Shown here: positions 1-12,136 of the stretch, one piece after another
Layout of the letters: every line of letters begins with the position of its first letter
Numbering within the stretch: position 1 is the stretch's first letter
Assembly (NCBI GenBank): GCA_003344405.1
Contig: NOWV01000253.1
Span: forward strand, 62,001-88,860
DNA from: Trichoplax sp. H2
Taxonomy: Eukaryota
Direction: 5' to 3'
DNA: 26,860 nucleotides
Program-made: the position numbers and the translations under genes
The notes under the pieces: generated by a model
The model's database searches: none
Told to the model about the DNA's origin: nothing
The model's input: the letters and a program-made list of their open reading frames with translations, nothing else

Positions 1-3000
1 ACAAACATGACAACAGATTCACGACTATATCATCGATTTTTTGGCAGACAAGCTTACGAACAGTCTATAAGAATTATGTGAGCATAACGTAAGAATAATC
101 TAAATTTGAACTATTTATACGAGTAAAACGTAATAAATTAACCAGAGTATTTTTAAGGCTTTTAAAAACAGTCAAAGAAATTCGCTACTAATTTCCTGAT
201 ACTAAAACCTACATCTTTACTAAGTAGCTGTTCTATAATATGGTAGCTAGTCAAGGCTTTCCTAGCTAAACTACTCTCGATTTCGGTCTTAGGTGTACTC
301 TTTTCGTCGGAAATTCCCAAACTAGGAAAAATAGAAACCACGCAGTACGAAAAACAACGAGAAACAACTTCTTCAATATTTTGCCGAGCAATTTGGACGA
401 CCGTCTTTAATTGCGAAGAATCACCATTAGCTATTATCCTTGGAATAAGCTCTAATTGATATTCCCTATTGAATAATTCATATAATATGCATTTACCTTA
501 CTAGTAATTAGGAATTAGTATGCACTATTGATATACTCGACTAAAACTTGGCTCTTACTGTATAAATCTTTGCATGTCTAGTTCTTTGAGGCTCTGATCA
601 GATAAGCCCAATAATTGAAATGGAAATTCTAATACTTTTAAGTTTTCCTTAAGCCATCGATGAATAATATATCCAAGATGTGGGCGTAGATAACGATCTA
701 CTCGTTCATAATTTAATGACTGTGCAACACGTGTAAGGATCTATTTATAACATAATTACGATGTCATTAATTTTGACAAGCTCATTCTTGTGGTAATAGT
801 GTTAATTACCATTACCTTATAAATGATGTCTAAGTAATGTTTACTGTTTTGTGCAATTCGAAAGATAAGAAACAGTGCTTTTTTTTCGCATACTGCAACA
901 TTAATAGCAATAGTAGCTAGGGTTGCTAACACACTGTGTGTTTTATTATTAGTTAAGTCATGATGAAGATCACCAGTATCACTATCTGAGCGATTAGATT
1001 CCTAGTCAATAAGTAAATAGCGCAAATTAAAGCAAGGCCAAATCAAGAAACTAAGGCGCTCTACATAATAACTGACCTTGAAATTAATCAGCTCCAATAT
1101 TGTCGCTTCGACTTCATCGTATATTTTTTGTTGTTCTACCTTTGGCAATTGTGAACAAACTTCGGTTTTATTGTTTGACCTAAAACATTTTTCGAACTTG
1201 TACTTTGCAAAAACGGACGCCAAAGATGTTGATACGAACATTCTGACTTCATGATCGTCGTCACCAAGTAAGGTTAAATACATTTCCTTGATCGATTTGT
1301 CTACATGTATTATACAATTTATTAAATTTTTTGTACGAGTAATATTATAATGTATCGAAAAGTATTTATTTCATCGATATTTCGATATCACTAAAGGTAT
1401 ATAATTGTAGCAATAATATAACGGTGAATAAGGTATTTAGGATTGCCTTATTACCTGCTGCAGCAGCATCAGTAATTTGGTTGCAACACTGTGAGCTTGA
1501 ATTAATCTATATTATAGGAAAAAATTTTAGTATCGTAAGGCGGTTTCATGTATAAATTGTTACCTTTCATAACGAGTGCACCATAAATAAAATTTTTTTC
1601 AATATTAAAGTTATTAATTATTAAATAGATAAGTCGCTAACCTTAATGTACTGTAAGAGACATTTTGCAAATTGAATTTTGACGTTTGTGCTATAAGATC
1701 TTTTATAGCTTGTAGCAGACAGTAACTTCCTATAACAAATAATTATTATATAGTTATGTATTATTTAATAAGAACGCTACATACAAGAAAGGAAATATTA
1801 CCAAAATGCGGTTAAGATAGTGCAACAAATCTCTCTACAGGAATCCACAATTCTTTTATTGCAGTAATACTTTAAAGGCATAAAGTGTTGCGATAAGGAG
1901 TGAAGCATCCTCAATCCTTCTACACATATAATATTATCCCATTTATTGTTTCTTATAATTGCCAGTAAAAGTTCTAACAACACTTGAAGATCTTCTGCAG
2001 GGAGGTCGGAGTCCTTAAACGCTAGGATGTTGCCACATTTAAAAAACTACGTGTATGATGAAGTTACGTTAGGTATGATATTAGTAGATAGTATGTAAGC
2101 CAGAAAAACGAATATATTAACTAATAATTTTATAGTTAGCAAACCAATTGCAAGTCCACCGGTTTTCTGATGCATTCCAATGGAGTCTGTCATGAATTCG
2201 AGATCAATTTTAGGTTAATATCATTAAATTACTCTATGTTCATGCTATGTTAAAGCAAATACTTTATTAGATATCTGACATAATGTCAAACTTAGAGGTA
2301 CCATGTACCTGTCTTGAGAGAATATCTTTCAATCTTGGATTATACAAGGTATGCAAAACTTTACTATCAATTCTTAAATCTGCACTTATGGGTATATTAT
2401 TATTTCCTGACGATGAATTGTAAGAGTAAGCCTTTGATAGAAATTCAGCACAAGCAATTCTTTCTCTTTCTAAACGATTTATGTTCTCAAGCCAAGGATT
2501 TTGACGGTCTAGAAGCGAAAATTATTTTCGTAAACTCGATCAATTTGATAATTAGTTGACTTTAAAATTAATATAAATCCATTTAAGTTAAGTAACATTC
2601 GATACCAGAGTTCACAAGCGCCGGAATGCTTTTATTTCGACTAGCCGGTTGGCCTTCTATATCAAATTCATCACTACTAAGGTTAGTATTTCTTAATTTC
2701 GTCCCTTCATTTTGCTGTAATACGAGGTCATTACTTAGTATAAAGCAAGGCGATGAAAGGCTAATACAATCGTGCGATTACCATATGATTTAATGACTGT
2801 TAAGTAAAACATTTATAACAGCTGCAACATTTGTAGCTGATATCTGTCTAAGGTACCTTTCCTTCTAGTATTTGGAAGAGTAAGTTGAGGAGCGATTCAG
2901 GAAATACTTCTCGTAACAATGTAAAACCAAAAGACAATCGAGACGTTCGCTATAAAAGGAAATGAGAGTAAGTTTAGTGTTAATTTGTACGTGATACAAA

Positions 3001-6000
3001 AAGCTATCGCCTTCATGTCTTACCTCACTTTCCGAAATTGTTGACTTGAATAAGTTCTCGCAAGGAAACATTTTTATTAATATTCGCAAAAACTTAGTCA
3101 GAAAGGAGTCCTCATCCTTATAATTAATGCTGCTGGTGCTTGTTCGTATACTCTGATTAATAACGGTTAGCGATAGCTGCAGCATTGTCTACAGACGAAT
3201 AAAAGGAAGTTATATAATTATAATTATTGTTGGTAGTAGATGTAGCGTGCACAATTTATGGTAAGAAAATATAAACGTGAGCAATATTTAACAGCAAACG
3301 GTAGTAGCCTCATACATTCATGCTCTGAAAGGTATCGGAATTGCGCAGTTCAGATTCACTGATATAATTGCTTTGAATTAGACTGTAAAATATTTTTGAT
3401 ATGATACAGCAATGCCATGCTAATCCAACTAACAGTATTTCGCTAGATTTACTTTTCATGGAAGTTTTCTGCAGGTTAAAGGTGTTAGACTCATAATTAA
3501 AAACATGTTTTAAAGATGTTATATTATCATCAGTAACTTGTTAAAGAATACCTACATCGATCTCAATAAAATGTGAAAATTCGTTGATTCTCTTAGTACT
3601 TTGATTCAATAGGTCTAATAGATATTTGACTAGATTTTTAGCGCAAGTTCCATTTCCGATAGGTGTGGAGCTAAATGAAATACATAGAATTAACTACTTA
3701 TTTAAGTATATCTCCTAATAACAAGAACCAATTATACACATATAGTCGCCTGCATGTAAATCTCTCAACGGATTAATTTAAATACAGCTAGGCTTGCTAG
3801 ATCTGGAATGGTATATATGCATACTTCGTAGATTTATTCTTATTTTCTTCCTGTCAAATTATAAATAGATAAACATAAAGAACATTTCTTGCTAAGTTAG
3901 AAACAAGTACTGATAAAGACAAATAAATTGAAATAACTAATTAATTCTATCATTTAAACTAGATTTGTGATGTTTTAAATGGCTAAATATCAGTCATTTC
4001 ATGCAATATATACCGCGTTTTTTCTAAAAGATTGGTAAACTTCTCGTATTTCAGTTAGTCGTAAATCACAATCATCCATAGAAGAATCATGGTCAAAACT
4101 TCTACATGAAAAATAATCATCTTCGGTTATGTAACTGCTGCTATTAAGTAGTAGCAAGACTTTAACAACTATAACTATACGAACATGGACGATCATAAAG
4201 TCTTCCTTGATAAGTATACAGATCGTCGTTGAAATTACCATAACTGTCACTTTATCCTAATTCGTTTACGTACATATTTTCTAACGCGGGAAGTAAGCCA
4301 ACTTGACGCCGTGTAAGAGCAATCAGAATATTGCTGATAATTTCAGGGTTAATCCTAAATCTGTGCATTTATACCTATCATTTTCATATCTACAAAGCTA
4401 CAGGTGTGGTAAGTAAGAACTCATAAACAGACCTTTGAAGCACTTGTCTTAATTTTGGATATACGGTCGTAGTACCATCATCATTAAAATCGTCATTGTC
4501 TATGAAGGGTAGTAACCATTTCATCAATTGACATCTTAATGGATGCAATACTGTGACCGCTATTGAAGTACTGGTAATTGATGCACATTCCGGTAAGTCA
4601 TATTTTCGAAGATATGTTATTAGAAAATCTAGTCCGGATCTAATTCAATTTAAAAACAGGCAACATACGCAGATAAATTACAATCTTAATAATTCAAAAA
4701 TACAATTTAATATTGCTATAATTGTTACTTCGTAGGACCAACAGAGCCATTGAACACGACTTCCCACGGAATGGAGAATGAATTCATGGAATTGCGGGAT
4801 AGCAAGTAAGTTAGTACACTCAATGCAGGATCATCATACTCTTTCGAATTTACGAATCTGTTCGGTTGAGTAAACGAAGTCGTATAAGTTAATAATAAGA
4901 AATAAGTTACTGTATAATCAGTTAATTTATAATTATCACTAACATTCATCGTTATACTACGATGGTAAATTCTGCAATATTACCACCATCTACGATCTGC
5001 TATATAGTAATCATTATATCCAACGATATTTACCTCCATGTTTCTTTCCAATAATTCCGTAAAGTTACTTCTTCAAATTCAAGACTAGATTTCTTTTCTG
5101 CTTTAAGAATCATAACATTTATAAGGCAATATATTTATTAATTACCTCACTACCTTAATTTAACGAATGTAACTAGCTTAGAGTTAATGTATTTAAATCC
5201 TTATATAATAAATATGATGCACCTAAACAATAAATCCTTAGTAAGAATTCTGACTCCGAAGTTTAATTTAATTGCAATAAGCTAAATATCATACCTTTAG
5301 TATGACAAGCTGCAAGAAGGCTCCGCTCGGCTCGAAAAATCAAATTTAGTATATCGCGTCTATAGAGTAGATTATGTAAGTTGTTACTTGATCTAGCATA
5401 TGATACATTCCAATTGAATTATGGCCATTAGATACTGATTCAAATATTGTAGTACTACAATTTTAGTTCGGATAGATACAGTTACAGGTACCGTTTAAAT
5501 CTAGAACGCAGGTTGAGAAGTATCTTAAAAAATTGTTGGTAATGCATCGGGCTAAGATCATCAGGATATTTGTTTATCACTGTGGTAAATAATTGCAACC
5601 TGGCAAGACAGTAGTTTAGCAAGATATAAGATAATTTCGCGTTTTTTCCTTTTTATGAGAAAGCTAGCTTCATCATTATGCAGTATCAGTTCAACGTACC
5701 AAGCGCAGATATCATTATCTTGACTAGAACTTAATCTAGACTGCATCTCAGTCCACTTCGATTCAACCTTAGTCTTTTTTCTAGGACTTTCTATACAACA
5801 ATTTTAGAAAATATCAGGTATAGTGTACTTGTATCTATTAATATTATTTAGCTTCTTAAACATATAATTGAAAAATATAGCAGACCTTCCGTAGATAAGT
5901 TATCACTGGCATAATCTTGCATTTTAGTTACCTATGGTAACAGTTTTGATGATAAATATACAGCAAGATATGATCGAATTGTTAATGTTAACACAACAAC

Positions 6001-9000
6001 AATGTTGTAAATTATATAATTATTCGAGTTCTCCAAAGATAAAACGAAATATAGTGAGACTATATTTATATCTTTGACAAAGTTTGGAAACGGTTATAAT
6101 TAAGACATAATTGTGTTAGCCTCCTAACCTGATGTAAAATATCCCCCATGACGTCGACGTATAAATGCGAGAATGATATACTGTAAATATAAAAAGAATC
6201 TTACTTACTGATCGTATAAATTTAACGGTTGTACTAAAAATTATCTAGTACAATTGTTATTTTTTATATCAGATAACAAACTTGGAGATTTTATTTTTGG
6301 TAAGTGCTTCTGACTCCAATAGCTCCAACAAATCTTGCATATTTTTCTATAACATTTGTTATAAATTGTTAAAAAATCCAACTGTCGCGGAGAACCGCTG
6401 TATAATACTCGCATAAAAAAGTTACCTTCCAATCAGCTGACAAATGGACATCTGCTCCATCAACCGTGTTGTCTGTCCCATTAGGGTAACGCACTGCCAA
6501 TTGTATCTTCATGAACAATACTATTTCATCCTAATTGTACGAATTTATTAACAAATTGATTATGTTGCAGCAGTAATTACCTATGCAATGGTAAATACGC
6601 GTATATCATCTCGAAATTAAATAATACGATATACCTTGCAATCTGATCGCGATTTATTCCACATTTCTAAAGCACAACGTAGGATTCGTTCACCAATTCT
6701 ACAAACATATCTACGATAGTTAATGGCGACAGCAAGCTGAAAGTGGTTCCATGCAGAAAGAATTCCTTTGAAGATGTGGACGTCTAACTTTTGGCTTCAA
6801 AACAAAAATGGTTATAATATCGGATTAATTGCTTGTAAGAGATTCTAAAAAGGTCAACATTCTCTCTATCAATGACTTACTCAACCATGTCGAATATGTT
6901 TTCAAAAAATTTAAACAAGCAACGGTTATAAATAGCTTGGCTATGTTTCCTTGCGCCAACCAATAGACGAATTAAAACTTCAATTAAAACTTGTCTATCG
7001 TAGCCTATCGAAGTACGATCCAACCGACATGCTTCTAATAATAGGTCACAGTAAAGATTGATAAGATCTAGAAAAGTTACAAAAGAAAAGCTTTTAATTA
7101 GTGAGTAAATATAGACTAACTAGTCACAGCAATAACAGTTGTTTCCGGCAGAAAATAATTTCATCATTCAAGTTGTAGCTATCCACGTATTAATTTCTTG
7201 ATTACCGTTCCAGTGCTCATCTAGCATATCGCATTGATACTTCCAAATGCTTAAAAATTCTTTCAATAATATTTTACTATAGTCACCACCAAATAATTTT
7301 CGCATAGCTTGGTTCTTAAGTACCTTTACCATATGTCCGATAATGCACTGAGCCGATAGTATCAGTCCGCCTTTTTATGTAATTACAGTCAAATGATTAA
7401 TTTCCCTATGAAATACACTAACACAGAATCAGTTAGAATTGATGCTTACGTTTATTGATGGTATGAATTGTCGTTCGATACAGGTTTGTAACATTCTGGA
7501 GGTAAATTGAACAAAAAATAATGTAAGGTTAAGTCCAATATTTAAAGTCTATCAGCAACGTCTTGGAGCGTATTGCTGGTAGATAAAGAAATACGTATAA
7601 GTTTTAGTTCTCCGAGTCGCACTACGTAATAATGCTACACTTATAAATCGTATTATGTTGTATAATTAAATGCATATACTGGAACATGTTACTATATTGA
7701 AGTTACACAGGTTATATTTAATGAACAGATACCCATGCTCTGCATTGTACTGTTATCGTAATCCTAATCTACTATCCCTTAGATCATCTACACGTGTTCT
7801 ACCTCAGCATTTTATGACGATCATTCTTATACCGTATTAAAATATTTAATTGCTTAAAGCATAAAATATAGCCAGAAAGATGCATTCTACTTGATTTTGC
7901 ATAATGTTATCTAATTTCAATGTCTTGGAATCTCGAATTTTTGCACTATTGTCTCAACAATCAATCACTTGTGATTTGGACCTGTAGTAAGAATATAGCA
8001 ATCCCTAAATTTTATCTTTTAGTATTAAGGTAAGAATAGAAGTAATCATATATCTTAATATTAACTAGATGTCACGATAGAAATTTATCTTCCAATAGTA
8101 GATTCATTAAACTTACTGTTGTTAATCAATGAATTAACTCTATCATAAGATTAATTCGTATTCATTGGACTAGTAAATAATAGATCAGCAATCTCATTAT
8201 GATACGCTTGATATTTTTACTTAAGGTCCTATTGTATCATGAACAAGTGCTATTTTAAAATATCAAACTTTGCTGCAAGAGTTAATGCAATAGTATTTGC
8301 TCACAACGGCTCTTAAATGGTATTAGGTAATTTTGAGCGACTATCATGCGAGCATTATGCGAGTATATCGTACAGACTTTCACAATGCCGAAGGTATTTT
8401 GTGTCATGACGCTATTGTATACCATTGCAAATACGAGCAAGCCAAGCATAGCATGAATCAGACATGATAGATCGAATTTTAATGTTAATTAGTTGTCTTA
8501 CCGTTTTACGTTTCTCCAGTGAAGGCAGCGATGATGATGCATGGTATCCTTTTGTGCTAGATTTGCTTAACGCTTCTGCTTCAAGACGGACAAAGCTACA
8601 AACGGACTCGTACACTTCATTCCATGTAATTGCATCCAGACCAGAAGAGGAATTTATTGTCCTGCTGTCTAGTAATTGAATAACCTCATCATGTTGTAAT
8701 AATAGCTGTATTTTCTCAGCAGCATTCTAAAATAAAAGCAAAATTTGATCGGAAAAGGAATTTAAAAAGTTAATTGTTGTCAAGATCAATGACAGTTAAT
8801 TCTGATTTGAAAAATTTTAATCTAACTATGATCATAGAAGGAAGTAGTACACTATACTATTTTGGCAACGTATGCAATACTCGTAGGCCATAAAATTGGT
8901 TGCAAATTGCAGCTATGTTGCTGCCAAGAGCCCTACATCATGATCACCTTGATGTATCATTAGCAATCTGTAGTAGTGATTGGAAACTATAGTTTATGGT

Positions 9001-9730
9001 ATTATAGTAGTCAAACGCATTATTTGGCAGCATACGAATACGAGTCAGCTATTGATTAGTTCGAAATTGCAGTTACGTTGTTGCTGTAATTACTCCTCAT
9101 GCACACCACTACGTACAATATATACAACAATGTTAATTGAAGTGCAAGCCAGGCCAATGGCATCCAACAATCATAAGCTAACCTACACCACTGTAAGATC
9201 CTATCATTGAAATTCTAATTCAGTTTAGGTTAAAATGCATTTTTGTCCGTTTTTCAATTTTCAATCCTGTAGTAATATTTACATTTACATTCATGACAAC
9301 TTAAAGTTGATTATACAGTAGTCTTGCAGTGATCGCAAGCACGATCACGATTCTAAGTTTAAAACTGGATGCTTATTTGTTCATGTCTGCTATATCATTG
9401 GTGAGCGACATTATCAACAACTACCTGATCAATTAGGACTGGATTTGGTCCGATTAAACACTCGAATCTCGAGCACCTTAAAAGCCGACATGATCAATAC
9501 TGTACGATGTACAGTACTGTACACATCATGTTGACGTTTACGCGTTTAAGTGACTATCCAATCATGCTGCATATTGAACGGATTAGTAACACCTACTCGT
9601 AGCTACTTATTCAATTATGGTACATGATATTCATTGGATGCAATTGTACAAGATGATGGAGAAATACCTTTCGCTCGGTTTGCTTCTCCGAAGTTAATTT
9701 CTTGCAACAATCAATAATCGATCTCTCCAT
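1..9730 (-). CDS. ATM: Serine-protein kinase ATM, N-terminal ~1394 aa (TAN motif plus HEAT region); 3' part lies outside the window
   Basis: Hand-spliced with GT-AG boundaries and consistent phases. Exons: 9730-9668, 8726-8502, 7495-7450, 7370-7206, 7067-6881, 6794-6635, 6530-6426, 6346-6282, 6180-6129, 5931-5886, 5790-5700, 5599-5492, 5359-5295, 5097-5034, 4857-4729, 4639-4433, 4354-4274, 4140-4014, 3850-3825, 3670-3556, 3468-3316, 3188-3024, 2949-2857, 2714-2606, 2508-2309, 2186-2145, 2046-1802, 1729-1642, 1506-1455, 1300-1077, 1001-816, 740-559, 465-213, 64-1. The start MERSIIDCCKKLTSEKQTERK|NAAEKIQLLL matches the Tel1/ATM TAN motif (human LICCRQLEHDRATERK, recalled). Further collinear matches: FGGDYSKILLKEFLSIWKY, INYRRYVCRIGERIL, PRKKTKVESKW, LMKWLL, ILTAFW, LGDDDHEVRM, VCEKKALF, IVVNLL. 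Short exons in poorly conserved regions are less certain. Confidence 0.95.
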
Positions 9731-9913
9731 GATACGAGCACTTTTACTTGATGCTTTAAGGCTGCTTCTAAAGTTGTGGCGATTTGAGAGCGGAGCTCTC
9801 TTACTGCACGCTTTACTATCATCTATCTACACTATGCACTGTGCAGTACGTCCAGTAATACAGCACAGTAGAGTAATGGAGCTTGTCTAGGCGCGACCTG
9901 CTTGTCCAAGAAA

Positions 9914-10047
9914 CTACAGTACTGTAGGTCTAGTGACGTAAAATATTATACTGTACAGTACTGTACAGTACAGTACTGCAGTACTGTATAAGTACTGTAG
10001 TAAAAGTACTGTACAGTACAGTACTTTTGTACAACATACAGTACACG
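9914..10047. repeat. Palindromic TACTGTA/TACAGTA cluster upstream of the ATM start codon
   Basis: Perfect palindromes CTACAGTACTGTAG (9914-9927) and TACTGTACAGTACTGTACAGTA (9949-9970), plus AAAAGTACTGTAC-A-GTACAGTACTTTT (10002-10028). The cluster lies about 180-320 bp upstream of the ATM ATG. Confidence 0.9.
9934..9941. promoter_or_regulatory. CRE/ATF-like site TGACGTAA in the putative ATM promoter
   Basis: One mismatch from the CRE consensus TGACGTCA, about 200 bp upstream of the ATM ATG. It is a short motif and function is only inferred. Confidence 0.3.
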
Positions 10048-12136
10048 GTAAAAAGTTACTGAACCTCTGACAGGTCTATCAAATGGTAATACTATCTGTT
10101 AAATGAGCACATTATCGTAAACCGTCAGCAAAGTGACGGGAGTTTGCACTAGTAAATATTGAATTTAACAAATTACAGCAGTTAATATTAGTACATATTA
10201 GCTGTCAGGGAGAATTTTAATTACTGCTTCAGTAGTAGATTCATGATCAATAAGTAGACCATCTGATACGCGTTTTGCACATACGAGTTCGTAAGCATAT
10301 TTCACGGCTATTGCCACAAAATGATTAGAACACCACTGAACCGCTAATAAGTAACTAGAAATTGCTGTAGTAATTGTGCTTAGCCTCAATGTACTATAGA
10401 GAAACTTCGATTTAACTGGATTGTGCATAATCTATCCATACTGTTTCGAAATTTCATTTTAAAATAAACGCTACAAAAATTATCCCAAATTGAACTACTA
10501 AATCATGATTCAGCAATCCAAAGCACAGCCATGTGCTGTTACTCAGCTTCATACTACTGTAATGTACTGGTAATGTTCAGAATTACAGGTTCATGATCAG
10601 CTGACTGAGCTGAGACTCGCAATGGACTTGACTACACCGGTGATCACTGAAGGGAACACAGTTTTATTTAAGGATATAAAAACAGGATGTTAAATGAAAT
10701 TTTTGTAGACTCCTTTTGCTCATGTTGTTACTTGGTATGATAACTGCGCTTGTTCACACGTACTGTACGAAGCCTCGTCATATTAAATCTGGAAGAAATT
10801 TCAGTTTACTATTACTGGTTGCATGCACATGGACAACTGAACAAGTTGACTGCTGTTTCATTAAGTACGCGCACGTTAAACTGTACATTATAACGGCAGT
10901 GATCATTACACACACGCAGAATTAGCTACTGGTAGTAATATTTTCACTGTTTGTGTGCATATTATTAAAGCTAGTACAATAGCGATTCGGTAAACGTGCA
11001 TTATATATACTTTATCATTAATGAATAGTAAAGCAAAGCAGTATTTATCTATAAAGCATGTTCAAGTATACTTATCTTTAGTGATAATTTTCTCATCTTT
11101 TTTCAACTAAACAATTCATAAATAGCTAAAACATCGATGGTGTTTTGTATGCGTACATGCACACTGTTCAGTATTACTACTTCGATACCATTTTACCACG
11201 TCTACGTAATTAAAATTGATCGTCGATTTTTGCCAGTTATTTTCACGATAACTTATCTTTTAATTAGTTATCTGCAGCACTAAATAGATGTATCTAAGCT
11301 AATTTTGCTTGAGTTGTACAAAATAGATGCAATCAATTTGATAATGTACCGGTAATTGGTAGCGAGTGATTTATTTGCTATACTGTATACTACAATCGTT
11401 TACTACTATAGAATTTATAGTGTATATATACGTAATTATACATTCAAGACTGCAGATGATATTGATCAGGATGTTACCCTAGAAACGTACATTTTCAAGA
11501 TCAAGATACTGTTTTAATTCAATTGATTTGAGTCTTGATTGTACACCAGACAAAAAAATTTCAGACAAGATTTACGAATTTAATTTATGCAATTTTGTGA
11601 ACAATACAATATCACATTGCATCTTGACGTATATGAACAACTATAGGTTATAATTAAATGGCAGATCATATATTATCGCGTATTTATTATTAATAAAGTT
11701 ATACATAAATATTTTCTATTCAGTTAAGAGTGTAGTCTCGTTATGAGTACTATCGCAAGCCGTGGCTTCAGTTACGGAAATCTAGCATACTGGAGGTACA
11801 TTCCGTTGCTGTATTGTTTAATACGTGTTAGCTTTAGCACTCTTATCTGAAACCGATATATTAATGATACTCTTCATATCAAGTGAGTACGATTAAATAC
11901 GGTGCTTATCTTGGTAAGTAAGGGCATTGATAGAATGCTTGGGGAAATATTTCGGTTGGATAGATAGGGATTCTCGTGTAATGATATTTGCTAGTAATTC
12001 CTACTATAGGTAAAAACTTTTCAAATAGTACACAACTAGTTGATAATGATATGTTATACAGATATTAAATCGTACTAGGAGGAGGTGGTAATAGCGAGTA
12101 CGATAGTAAGTTGTATTAAGCTAGACTTATCTGCTT

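Noticed and set aside
2314..9890. Plus-strand ORFs 2314-2559, 4553-4735, 8464-8679, 8980-9210 and 9702-9890
   Set aside because: They are short antisense or intronic frames over ATM with no recognisable motifs.
10122..10139. Small hairpin CCGTCA-GCAAAG-TGACGG
   Set aside because: A 6-bp stem is expected by chance, and it does not match a histone stem-loop, IRE or tRNA arm.
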